This document shows positions 49,750-58,726 of a stretch of DNA of 64,000 bases, piece by piece. The notes under the pieces were generated by a model. It ran no database searches and had not been told where the DNA came from. It saw nothing but the letters and a program-made list of their open reading frames with translations. Position numbers and translations under genes: made by a program. Origin of the DNA: an uncultured Acidobacteriota bacterium (GTDB taxonomy: Bacteria > Acidobacteriota > Thermoanaerobaculia > Multivoradales > SZUA-115). The stretch's first letter is position 1; each line of letters opens with the position of its first letter. The DNA is taken from assembly GCA_963805975.1 (NCBI GenBank), contig CAWDVR010000002.1, positions 896,001-960,000 on the forward strand, read 5' to 3'.

Positions 49750-52700
49750 ATGATGAGGAGCCTTCTCGCGTACCGAGCCCCGTCCACGATCGTGGCGCTT
49801 ACTGCCGCTGCCCTTTCCTTCCTCGCTGCGCCGGCCGGGGCGGCGAACCTCGAGCCGGACCTGCTGGCCGGCCTCGCGGCGCGCTCGATCGGCCCCGCCG
49901 GGATGAGCGGCCGGGTGGCCGCCATCGAGGCCGTGGTCGCGGACCCGGAGATCGTGTACGTGGGTGCTGCGACCGGCGGCGTCTGGAAGTCGACCAACGG
50001 CGGCCTGTCGTTCACGCCGATCTTCGACGACCAGCTCGTGCACTCGATCGGCGCGCTCGCCATCTACCAGCCCAACCCCGCGATCGTCTGGGCGGGGACC
50101 GGCGAGGGCAACCCCAGGAACAGCGTCTCGGTGGGACAGGGGATCTACCGCTCGCTCGACGGCGGCGCCACCTGGCAGCTCCTGGGGCTCGAGAAGACCG
50201 AGCGCATCCACCGCATCCTGCTCCACCCGGCCGACCCCGACCTCGCCTACGTCTGCGCCATGGGCCGGGCGTGGGGCGAGAACCCGGACCGCGGCGTGTT
50301 CAAGACCACGGACGGCGGCAAGACCTGGACGAAGATCCTCTACCTCGACGAGAAGACAGGCTGCGGCGAGCTGGCGATCGACCCCGCGAACCCGCAGAAG
50401 CTCCTCGCCGGGCTCTGGCAGTTCCGCCGCTGGCCCTGGTTCATGGAGTCCGGCGGCCCCGGCTCCGGCCTCTACGCGACCCACGACGGCGGCGCCACCT
50501 GGAAGCGGCTGCAGGAGGAGGACGGCCTGCCCAAGGGTGAGCTCGGCCGCATGGGGATCGCCTTCTCGCACTCCAACCCCGAGATCGTCTACGCGCTGGT
50601 CGAGGCCGAGAAGAACGCCCTGCTGCGTTCCGAGGACGGCGGCCGGAGCTGGAAGACGGTCAACGACGAGACCGACGTGGCGCCGCGGCCGTTCTACTTC
50701 AACGACGTGCGGGTCGATCCCGCCTGGCCCAACCGCGTCTACACCATCTCGCAGTTGATCCGGGTCTCGGACGACGGCGGCAAGACCTCCCGCACCCTGC
50801 CCGGCGCCGGCTGGAGCGACCTCCACGGCGACTACCACGCGATGTGGATCCACCCCGGCAACCCGAACCTGATCTACGTCGGCAACGACGGCGGCGTCGC
50901 CGTGTCGCAGGACCGCGGCAAGAGCTTTCGCTTCGTCTCCAACCTGCCGCTCGCCCAGTTCTACCACGTGGCCTACGACATGGAGACGCCCTACAACCTG
51001 TACGGCGGCTTGCAGGACAACGGCTCCTGGCGCGGCCCCAGCTCGGCGTGGGCCGCGGGCGGCCTGCGCAACCACCAGTGGAAAACGGTCGGCGGCGGCG
51101 ACGGCTTCGACGTGCAGCCGGACCCCGAGGACCCGACCCGCGGCTATTCCATGTCGCAGGGCGGCTACTTGGTGCGCTGGAATTTGAAGACCGGCGAGGA
51201 GCGGATCATCCGCCCGGCGCCGCCCGAGGGCATCGAGCTGCGCTTCAACTGGAACACCGGCCTGGCGCTCGACCCCTTCGCCCCGGCCACCGTCTACTAC
51301 GGCAGCCAGTTCCTGCACCGCTCGCGCGACCGCGGCGAGACCTGGGAGACGATCTCGCCCGACCTCACCAGCAACAATCCCGAGTGGCAGAAGCAGAGAG
51401 AGAGCGGCGGCCTGACCCTGGACGTGACCGCGGCCGAGAACCACTGCACCATCCTGGCCATCGCCCCCAGCCCGAAGCAGCAGGGCGTGATCTGGGTGGG
51501 CACCGACGACGGGCGCTTGCAGGTCACCCGCGACGCCGGCGCCACCTGGGCGAGTGTCGAGAAGAATCTCCCGCGGGTGCCCGCCAACACCTGGATCCCG
51601 CACGTCGAAGCCTCGCAGTTCGATCCCGCGGAAGCCTTCGTGGTGCTCGACAACCATCGCCGCTCGGACTGGGCTCCCTACGTCTACCGCACGCGCGACT
51701 TCGGCAAGACCTGGACCAGTCTCGCGACCTCCGACCTGCGGGGCTACGCACTCTCGATCGAGCAGGACCCCGTGGAGCGCGACCTGCTCTTCCTCGGCAC
51801 CGAGTTCGGCCTCTTCCTGTCGCTCGACGCCGGCGCCTCCTGGCTCCCCTTCCGTCACGGCCTGCCGACCGCCTCGGTGATGGATCTCGCCGTCCATCCC
51901 CGCGATCACGACCTGATCATCGCCACGCACGGCCGCGCGCTCTACGTGCTCGACGACCTGACGCCGCTGCGCAAGCTCACCGCCGAGGCGCTCCGGGAGC
52001 CGCTCCACCTCTTCCCCACCGCGCCGGCCCGCCAGTACTGGCGCACCCCGGACGAGGGCGGCTTCGGCTTCGGCGCCGGCGAGTTCCGGGGGCAGAACCG
52101 CGCCTACGGCGCCCTCCTCACCTACTCGCTCTCCGCGCCCGGCCTGCCGCTGGCCGACGAGAAGAAGGAGCGGGCGCGCAAGGAGCGCGAGCGCCAAGCC
52201 GCGCGAGCGGAGCCCGAGAAGGAAGGAGAAGAGAAAGCCGCCGACAAGCCACCGGAGAAGCCCGGGGTGAAGATCGAGATCACGGACGCCGCCGGCGCCG
52301 TGGTGCGCACCCTCGAGGGCCCGGCCAAGCTGGGCATCAACCGCATGGCGTGGGACTTCTCCCGCGACGCCTTCAAGCTGCCGCCGAGCGACGAACCGCG
52401 GCCCTGGGAACCGAGCGGGCCGCAGGTGCCGCCCGGCACCTACGGCGTGACCGTCAAGCACGGCGAGCAGGTGGCCAAAGGTTCCGTCACCGTGCTGGCC
52501 GATCCGCGCTCCACCAACACCCCGGCGGATTGGGAGCGCCGCTGGCAGGCCACCCTGCGCCAGGGGGAGCTCAACGACCGCGCCATCGCAGCCCTCACCC
52601 GCATCCAGCGCACCCGCAAGGACATCGATCTGGTCTCCGGCAAAGTGCGGCAGGCGGCAGAGGACCAGGGCGAAAAAGACCGGAAGAAGATCGACGAGGA

Positions 52701-53010
52701 CCCGCTCCTCAAGGCGGGCGAGAAGGTCAAGGAAGGCCTGACCGAGCTCGAGAAGCGGCTCTGGATCCTGCCCGACACCAAGGGCATCCCGGCCGAGGAG
52801 GGGCTGGTCTTGAGCCACATCTCGCAGGTGGGCTGGTTCCTGGGCTCGTCCTGGGACGCGCCCAGCCCCACCCAGCTCGCCTATCTCGACATGGCCGCCA
52901 AGCGCCTGGAAACCTTCCAGAAAGATCTCGACGCCTTCTTCGCCACCGAAGTGGCCGCCTACAAGAAGCAGGTCGAGGAGGCGAAGGTCGGGTTGCTCGG
53001 CGGGGTGTGA
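49750..53010 (+). CDS. Large secreted VPS10/BNR (Asp-box) repeat glycosyl hydrolase-like protein
   Basis: RSIGPAGMSGR, repeated S/TxDGGxTW, GTGEGNPRNS, HGDYH, GGLQDNG, GGGDG, GTEFG, ATHGR. Confidence 0.9.
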   Translation: MMRSLLAYRAPSTIVALTAAALSFLAAPAGAANLEPDLLAGLAARSIGPAGMSGRVAAIEAVVADPEIVYVGAATGGVWKSTNGGLSFTPIFDDQLVHSIGALAIYQPNPAIVWAGTGEGNPRNSVSVGQGIYRSLDGGATWQLLGLEKTERIHRILLHPADPDLAYVCAMGRAWGENPDRGVFKTTDGGKTWTKILYLDEKTGCGELAIDPANPQKLLAGLWQFRRWPWFMESGGPGSGLYATHDGGATWKRLQEEDGLPKGELGRMGIAFSHSNPEIVYALVEAEKNALLRSEDGGRSWKTVNDETDVAPRPFYFNDVRVDPAWPNRVYTISQLIRVSDDGGKTSRTLPGAGWSDLHGDYHAMWIHPGNPNLIYVGNDGGVAVSQDRGKSFRFVSNLPLAQFYHVAYDMETPYNLYGGLQDNGSWRGPSSAWAAGGLRNHQWKTVGGGDGFDVQPDPEDPTRGYSMSQGGYLVRWNLKTGEERIIRPAPPEGIELRFNWNTGLALDPFAPATVYYGSQFLHRSRDRGETWETISPDLTSNNPEWQKQRESGGLTLDVTAAENHCTILAIAPSPKQQGVIWVGTDDGRLQVTRDAGATWASVEKNLPRVPANTWIPHVEASQFDPAEAFVVLDNHRRSDWAPYVYRTRDFGKTWTSLATSDLRGYALSIEQDPVERDLLFLGTEFGLFLSLDAGASWLPFRHGLPTASVMDLAVHPRDHDLIIATHGRALYVLDDLTPLRKLTAEALREPLHLFPTAPARQYWRTPDEGGFGFGAGEFRGQNRAYGALLTYSLSAPGLPLADEKKERARKERERQAARAEPEKEGEEKAADKPPEKPGVKIEITDAAGAVVRTLEGPAKLGINRMAWDFSRDAFKLPPSDEPRPWEPSGPQVPPGTYGVTVKHGEQVAKGSVTVLADPRSTNTPADWERRWQATLRQGELNDRAIAALTRIQRTRKDIDLVSGKVRQAAEDQGEKDRKKIDEDPLLKAGEKVKEGLTELEKRLWILPDTKGIPAEEGLVLSHISQVGWFLGSSWDAPSPTQLAYLDMAAKRLETFQKDLDAFFATEVAAYKKQVEEAKVGLLGGV

Positions 53011-53023
53011 GGAAGGCCGCCGG

Positions 53024-53251
53024 CTACGGTAGTTTGCCGGCGTAGCTGTCCCGGACAGTGCGGCTGATGAAGGTCGCGAGGCCTTGCCCCGCGGCCGCCA
53101 GCCTCTTCATCTCCTCCACCGCCCACTCGCCAGTGCTCGGGTAATCGTACAAGTAGCGGGCTCCGCCCTCGAACTCGACCTCGATCGCCTCCGGCCGGAT
53201 CTCGTAGGCGGTCACCGGGGAGTTGCCGCTGAGGTTTGCGTACCTGGTCAT
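53024..53251 (-). CDS. Small KTSC-like protein (75 aa)
   Basis: YANLSGNSPVTAYE, V.F..G..YLY, MKRLA..G.GL.TFI; GAGG RBS. Confidence 0.75.
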   Translation of the reverse strand: MTRYANLSGNSPVTAYEIRPEAIEVEFEGGARYLYDYPSTGEWAVEEMKRLAAAGQGLATFISRTVRDSYAGKLP

Positions 53252-53320
53252 GGGGCACCTCGGCGGCCTGCGCTACGGCTCACGGTTCTATTTCAACGCG
53301 AGAACGAGGCTCGCCGCAGC

Positions 53321-54190
53321 TCAATGAGAGTCCCGTAGCGCCTCCAGCTTCCGCCGCAGCAGCTCCGCCTCCGGCAGGCCGCGCTCGAAGCCGAGGAGCG
53401 CGTCCTCCCACGAGCCGTAGACCGGGTTTGAGAGCATGATCCACCGGCTGCCCCAGTAGGCGGCGTAGGGCCTGGCAAGCGCTTCGCGTTGCTCCACGCT
53501 CTGCTTGACGCCGGAGAGGAAGTCGCCGAGGTCGTCGCCCACCAGGAGCAGCACGCGGAACTGGTCGGCGACGAACTTCCTGCGCGGGCCCTTGTCCGAC
53601 TCCTTCCACTCCTCGCGCGAGCCGCGCGTGAAGAGCGTCTCGCGCTCGGCGGCGAGCGGGAAACCCTGGCGGCGCAGGTTCTCGCGCGTCGCCTCCTGCA
53701 CCCCCACGTCGCGGTTGGTGACGTAGAACACGGTCACACCGCGCTCGGCCGCGTAGCGTGTGAGCTCCGCCGCACCGGGAACGGGGGGCGCGGCGCTCTC
53801 GTTGCACCAGGCGGTCCAGGAATCGCTCGCGTAGCGCTCGCGCTTGCGGATGAGCCGGGCGGCGTAGGGCGAGTTGTCGAGCACCGTCTCGTCCACATCG
53901 AGAATGATCGCCGGCGGCCGGCTGGCGAAATCCCCGCTCTGCTCGGTCGCGGCCGTCCAGGTGGGGTCGGCGAGCGCGGCGTCGAGAGCGCGCCGCGCCG
54001 CCGCGTACGCCTGGAGCGACGACGCGCGGTACTCCTCGGCGGTCTGCTGCCAGAGGTTGGCGTTGAGGACGTCGTAGCTGAACGCCTGGGCCGGCGGAGC
54101 AGCCGCCGGCGGCGCGGTGGCGCAGCCGGCGGCGAACAGCAGGAGCAGCGGTACGGCGAGCGAACGCGCTCTGCGCATGGGCGACCTCAC
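53321..54190 (-). CDS. Class C acid phosphatase / 5'-nucleotidase lipoprotein (e(P4), HAD)
   Basis: FAAGC lipobox, DVDETVLDNSPY, YVTNR, K..RR, GDDLGDF, NPVYGSW. Confidence 0.92.
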   Translation of the reverse strand: MRSPMRRARSLAVPLLLLFAAGCATAPPAAAPPAQAFSYDVLNANLWQQTAEEYRASSLQAYAAARRALDAALADPTWTAATEQSGDFASRPPAIILDVDETVLDNSPYAARLIRKRERYASDSWTAWCNESAAPPVPGAAELTRYAAERGVTVFYVTNRDVGVQEATRENLRRQGFPLAAERETLFTRGSREEWKESDKGPRRKFVADQFRVLLLVGDDLGDFLSGVKQSVEQREALARPYAAYWGSRWIMLSNPVYGSWEDALLGFERGLPEAELLRRKLEALRDSH

Positions 54191-54191
54191 C

Positions 54192-56465
54192 CTAGAACCG
54201 TAGCAGATAGCTCACCTTGACGAAGAACTGCCGGCCGGTGGAGGTGTCGGCCGAGTGGGTGAAGCCGATCGACGGCGGGGTCGTGGGCAGGACGCGGACG
54301 TTCTCGTAGTTGTCGGTGTAGCCCAGGTAGATGGCGGTGCCGGGATTGAGCAGGTAGGTCAGGAGCACGTCGCCGGCCCACCGCTTCTGCTCGCCGAGCT
54401 GGATCAGCGACTCGCGGGGCGAGAGGCCGAAGTAGTCGAGGATGACGCGCGCCGAGAGCTCGCGCGTGAATTGATAGGCGAACTTGCTGCGCAGGAGGTT
54501 GTTGACGTAGATCGTCCGCTCGCCGTCGAGCGACGGCGACACCCGGCCTCGGGTCGAGAGGTCGTTGTAGATGTAGGTGTTGTCGATGCGGAACCGGTCG
54601 ATGGGCTTCAGCGTCAGTGTCACCTGCAGGGTGTCGCCGTCGCCGAGGAAGGGATCGAGGCCCTCGGCCGGGATGAAGTTGATGGCGTCGCCGCGGGCGT
54701 AGAAGATCGAGCCGGTGAGCCAGGAGAAAGGCTCGGAGGAAAGGCTGACCGCGTACTGGTCCTTCCTGAACTCCTCGCTCAGGAAACGCTCGTAGGCCTC
54801 GGTGGCGGAGAGCGTGACGGTCGTCGCCCGCGTCAGGTTCACGGTGTAGGAGCCGGTCACGTCCCAATCCTGCTTGGTGCTGTCGTGGTCCCAGGTGCCG
54901 AGGAACGAGAGGGTCGGGCCGTGGCTCACGATCGTCGGGTGCTCGGTGGGCCGGAACAGGTAGGTCAGGCTCTGCGAGGTCTGGCGGATGTCGACTCGCG
55001 GCACGAAGCCCAGATCGGTGCGGAAGTCCTCGCTGATGTCGCTGAAGGAGCCGGTGTAGGTCAGGTGCAGGCCGCTCCGCGCAATCTCGGCGTAGAAGGC
55101 CTCGCCGTCGAGGTCGTCCTCGCCGTCGAGCGTGAAGCGGCTGCCCGCGGCCTGGGCGCTGAAGGCCCAGTTGTCGTCGATCTGCAGGCGGCTGTCGAAC
55201 GAGGCGACGGTGTCGGCGAACGGGCCGACGTCGCGCTGGGTGGCGAGGAAGCCGACATAGGAGCGCTCGCCGAACTCCCGCTGCACGCGCGCCACGCCGA
55301 TCTTCGCCCGCTCGTCGTCGACCAGGCCGAAGTCCTCCTCGAGCGGCGACACGTCGTCGATCGCCAGGCCGCCGAACACCCAGCGGCCCTCCTTGCCGGT
55401 CACCCGCACGCCGTAGTCCGGCTCGCGGATGCGGCGTGAGAAGAAGAGGTTGATCGGTGTCGAGAAGAAGCCGGCGTTCTCGATGAAGAAGGGCCGCTTC
55501 TCGGGGAAGAAGACCTCGAAGCGCTTGTTGACGATCACCTGCGGCTCGTCGGACTCGACCTGGCTGAAGTCCGGGTTGACGGTCACGTCGACAGTCACCG
55601 CGTCGCGCAGCACGAACTTGGCGTCGAGGCCGGCGCGGGCCTCGTCGTCGGTCTGGTAGCTGGCGCCCCGCGCCGGGTCGTCCTCGAGCACCCGGGCGCG
55701 GCCGTAGGCGGCGTAGGGGATGAACTGGAAGTTGCGGGAGGGCGAGATGGCCTCCGGGATGGCGAGCGCCCCGAACTGGTTGACGAAACCCGAGATGCGC
55801 TGCGTGTTGAGCGGGTAGTAGGCGAACTCGTTCTTGCGCGGGATGATGCGCGCCAGCGCGAAGCCCCACTCCTGCTCTGGCGCCTTGGGGAAGCGCATGC
55901 TCTTCCACGGGATGGCGAGCATCGCCACGTAGCCGTCGTCCGTCAGCCGCCCCTCCGAGGTCCACAGGGTGTCGAAGTCGAACTGGTAGCCCTGGCCCTC
56001 GGTGTAGATGCCGTCGAGCTGCACGCCGAAGGGGTTGATGGCGAAGACGTAGGCGCGCTGGCGGTCGTGGAAAGTGTCGAGGAAGATCTCGACGCCCTCG
56101 TCGCCGAAGATGTCCTCGCGCTTGCCCAGGTGGGCGCGGATCTGCGCCGGGTCGTCCTTGCAGACGAAGACCACGTAGAGCTGCTTGTCGTCGTAGGACA
56201 GGTAGGCGGTGGTGGGGAGCGTCACCGGCGCCCCGTCGTCCGGCGTGTTCTGCAGGAACTCGGTGACCCTGAGCCCCGCGTCGGCCGGCACCCCGCCGAC
56301 GTAGTCGTCGAGCCGTGGCGGCGCCGCCGCCTTGGGCAGGCGGAGCGAGGCCGTCGCCGGCGGCGGGGGAGCGTCCTGGGCAAGGAGCGCGGGCGCGGCG
56401 GCGAGCGCCAGGGCCAAACCCAGGATAGTGATCTCGAGGCGAACGAACGGGCGAATCGTGGACAT
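54192..56465 (-). CDS. DUF5916 outer-membrane protein with N-terminal CBM9-like domain
   Basis: LDTFHD, INPFGVQ.D, IPWKSMRF, VNPDFSQVESD, FPEKRPFF.E, FFSRRI, C-terminal FFVKVSYLLRF. Confidence 0.88.
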   Translation of the reverse strand: MSTIRPFVRLEITILGLALALAAAPALLAQDAPPPPATASLRLPKAAAPPRLDDYVGGVPADAGLRVTEFLQNTPDDGAPVTLPTTAYLSYDDKQLYVVFVCKDDPAQIRAHLGKREDIFGDEGVEIFLDTFHDRQRAYVFAINPFGVQLDGIYTEGQGYQFDFDTLWTSEGRLTDDGYVAMLAIPWKSMRFPKAPEQEWGFALARIIPRKNEFAYYPLNTQRISGFVNQFGALAIPEAISPSRNFQFIPYAAYGRARVLEDDPARGASYQTDDEARAGLDAKFVLRDAVTVDVTVNPDFSQVESDEPQVIVNKRFEVFFPEKRPFFIENAGFFSTPINLFFSRRIREPDYGVRVTGKEGRWVFGGLAIDDVSPLEEDFGLVDDERAKIGVARVQREFGERSYVGFLATQRDVGPFADTVASFDSRLQIDDNWAFSAQAAGSRFTLDGEDDLDGEAFYAEIARSGLHLTYTGSFSDISEDFRTDLGFVPRVDIRQTSQSLTYLFRPTEHPTIVSHGPTLSFLGTWDHDSTKQDWDVTGSYTVNLTRATTVTLSATEAYERFLSEEFRKDQYAVSLSSEPFSWLTGSIFYARGDAINFIPAEGLDPFLGDGDTLQVTLTLKPIDRFRIDNTYIYNDLSTRGRVSPSLDGERTIYVNNLLRSKFAYQFTRELSARVILDYFGLSPRESLIQLGEQKRWAGDVLLTYLLNPGTAIYLGYTDNYENVRVLPTTPPSIGFTHSADTSTGRQFFVKVSYLLRF

Positions 56466-56508
56466 CGACAAATCTCCTCCGAAGGCTCTTCGAAACGTCG
56501 AAAGGTGG

Positions 56509-57831
56509 TCAGAAAGCGCGGGTCAACAACAGCAGGAGCGCCGGGATCGCGACCACCCCCGCCGCCGCCCAGGCGAGCCGGCGATCCTGCCGGCGCGCGC
56601 GGGCGAGGGCGTCCGCGTACGGGATGGTGGTGTGCGAGATCATGGTGTAGAGCGGCATCCAAGCGGCCGGGAAGAGGCGCGACAGCAGCAGGTCGAGCCG
56701 CTTGCGGGCGCGGAAGAAGGGCGAGCTCACCCGCTGCCGCAGCTCCAGGAAGTTCTCCTTCGACAGCTCGGCCAGGGTGTCGGTGTGCACCTTGCGCCGC
56801 CGCTGGTAGTCGGCCAGCGCTTCGCCGCGCCGGCTGCCGTGCTCCTCCAGGCAGGCGACGAGCGTGGTGCAGTCCTCGAACGCCGAGTTCATGCCCTGGC
56901 CGTAGAACGGGTAGACGGCGTGGCAGGCGTCTCCCACCAGCACCAGCCAGTCGCCCAGGTGCCAGGGCGAGGTGCGGGTGGTGACGAGCGAGCCTTCCGG
57001 GTGCCGCCGCCACTGCTCGAGATAGTCGGGCACCAGGGCCGGCACGTCCGGGAAGTAGCGGCGGAAGAAGGCCGCGATCTCCTCGGCCGAACGGAGCTCG
57101 GCAAAGCTGTCGGGGCCCTCGAAGGGCAGGAACAGGGTCGCGGTGTGCGAGCCGTCGAGATTGGGGTGGGTGACGATCAGGCAGTGGCCCCGCGGCCAGA
57201 CGTGGAGGGCCGTGAGCTCGATCGCCGAGGAGCCATCGGGCTTCGCCGGCACGGTCAGCTCCTTGTAGCCCCACTCGAGGTACTCCTGGCTGTAGTTGGC
57301 GCGCTCGCCGCGCTGCATCTCCTGGCGCAGGCGCGAGAACGCGCCGTCGGCGCCGATCAGCAGCTCCGCCGCCACGGCGAGCGTCCGCCCGCCGGCCTCG
57401 TCGGCCACCGCCAGCGTCCGCGCCTCCTTGTCCAGGGCGAGGCAGCGATGGCGGAAGTGGAAGCGCGCGCCACGACCCTCGGCGCGGTCGATCAGGGCGC
57501 GGTTGAGCTCGTTGCGGTCGACCGAGTGCAGCACCTCCTCGCCGCGGTTGCCGTAGGCCTGGAAGCTGGTGCCACCGCCCTCGGCGTGGATCACCCGGCC
57601 GCGCATGGTCACGGCACGGCCCAGGATCTGCTCTTTCATCCCCACCATGGCGAGCGCCGCCAAGCCCCGCTTGGAGAGCCCGAGGTTGATCGAGCGGCCC
57701 TCGGCCCCCAGGCGCAGGCGCGGGTCGTCGCGGCGCTCGTAGACGTCGACCTCGAAGCCGCGCTCGGCAAAGGCGGCGGCCAAGAGCGACCCGGTCAGGC
57801 CGGCGCCCGCGATGGCGATGCCGTGGCTCAA
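56509..57831 (-). CDS. kmo: Kynurenine 3-monooxygenase-like FAD-dependent monooxygenase
   Basis: GAGLTG, ERRDD, GRSINLGLSKRG, GADGAFS, GYKEL, LHVWPRG, GDACHAVYPFYGQGMNSAFED, ENFLEL, PLYTMI..T..PY. TTG start with GGAGG RBS. Confidence 0.85.
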   Translation of the reverse strand: MSHGIAIAGAGLTGSLLAAAFAERGFEVDVYERRDDPRLRLGAEGRSINLGLSKRGLAALAMVGMKEQILGRAVTMRGRVIHAEGGGTSFQAYGNRGEEVLHSVDRNELNRALIDRAEGRGARFHFRHRCLALDKEARTLAVADEAGGRTLAVAAELLIGADGAFSRLRQEMQRGERANYSQEYLEWGYKELTVPAKPDGSSAIELTALHVWPRGHCLIVTHPNLDGSHTATLFLPFEGPDSFAELRSAEEIAAFFRRYFPDVPALVPDYLEQWRRHPEGSLVTTRTSPWHLGDWLVLVGDACHAVYPFYGQGMNSAFEDCTTLVACLEEHGSRRGEALADYQRRRKVHTDTLAELSKENFLELRQRVSSPFFRARKRLDLLLSRLFPAAWMPLYTMISHTTIPYADALARARRQDRRLAWAAAGVVAIPALLLLLTRAF

Positions 57832-57884
57832 ACGAGCCTCCGCGGGCTCAAACGAGCCTCCGCGGGCTCAAACGACCCCCCGCG
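57825..57884. repeat. Tandem 20-bp repeat x3 spanning the DUF6875/KMO junction
   Basis: ggctcaaacgagcctccgcg twice, then ggctcaaacgaccccccgcg. Confidence 0.95.
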
Positions 57885-58701
57885 CCAGCTCCAGGGCCTG
57901 GGCGAGGAGCTCGGAGTGGCGCAGCTCGATCTCGGCGTTGACCAGGGACTCGAGCGCGATCTGGAAGTTGCGCCCGCTGGTCTCGCTGCCGAAGCGGCGC
58001 AGGTAGGAGCGCAGGAAGCTCGCCCGCGTGGCGGGGGCGTCGAGCGAGCGCGACAGGAAGGGCAGGTCGGACTCCACCATGTGGCGGATGGCCACCATCG
58101 GGATCGGGCTGGCGAGGGGCCGGAAGTCGTCGCTGCGCAGGCCCGGCGTCTCGTTGCCGGGATAGAACTCGCCGATCATCAGCCCGGCCTGGACGAAGTG
58201 GGGCTTGAGCTCCTGCTTCACGTTCTCGATCAGCTCCGCCGCCGTCTCCGCGTCGAGGTCGGGGAACACGGTGACGATCGACTTGTTCATGCACAGCGGC
58301 TCTTCCCGCGGCTCGAGCGCGAGGAAGGTCTCGCGATAGGCGGTGAGGACGGCGAGCAGCTCCTCGCGGCTCGGGCTGGCGCCGGGCACCAGGGCGAGCC
58401 ACACGGTGCCGAGCTTGAGCGAGGGCCCGACGAACGGGCAGACGGCGCCGCTCCTCCCGAGATCGGCGTGCGGCTGCGCGAGGAAGCTCCGCAGCCAGGC
58501 GACGACCGCGGCGAGCGCCGGGTAGCGGTCGGCCTGGGTCTCGACCTCGGTGGCGAGGAAGAGGCGGCCGGTTTCGTCGATCGTCATCGCCGCCGGGGCA
58601 GTCGCGCCATGGCGGCCGGTGACCGGACAGACGGCGGCGAACTTCGGATGGGCACCGGAGGGTTCGCGGCAGGAGGCGTCGGGGGTCGGGGTCGTGTTCA
58701 T
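57868..58701 (-). CDS. DUF6875 family protein (putative heme-dependent oxygenase)
   Basis: WLRSFL..PHADLGRSGAVCPFV, GLMIGEFYP, PGL...DFRPL.SPIPMVAIRHMVESDLPFL; N-terminal CPVTG. Start could be 58740, 58701 or further downstream. Confidence 0.8.
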   Translation of the reverse strand: MNTTPTPDASCREPSGAHPKFAAVCPVTGRHGATAPAAMTIDETGRLFLATEVETQADRYPALAAVVAWLRSFLAQPHADLGRSGAVCPFVGPSLKLGTVWLALVPGASPSREELLAVLTAYRETFLALEPREEPLCMNKSIVTVFPDLDAETAAELIENVKQELKPHFVQAGLMIGEFYPGNETPGLRSDDFRPLASPIPMVAIRHMVESDLPFLSRSLDAPATRASFLRSYLRRFGSETSGRNFQIALESLVNAEIELRHSELLAQALELARGVV

Positions 58702-58726
58702 AGCGTTCTCGATTCCAAGGCTGCTT

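Noticed and set aside
48022-53010. Very long overlapping ORFs (1598 and 1635 aa) in the ORF track
   Set aside because: These are N-terminal extensions reading antisense through the divergent neighbour, as expected in high-GC DNA. RBS-supported starts are at 49611 (-) and 49750 (+).
53024-53251. KTSC-like gene as a prophage marker
   Set aside because: No integrase, structural or replication phage genes are nearby.
57825-57884. Short direct repeats as a possible CRISPR array
   Set aside because: The units are contiguous 20-mers with no spacers, and no cas genes are in the window.
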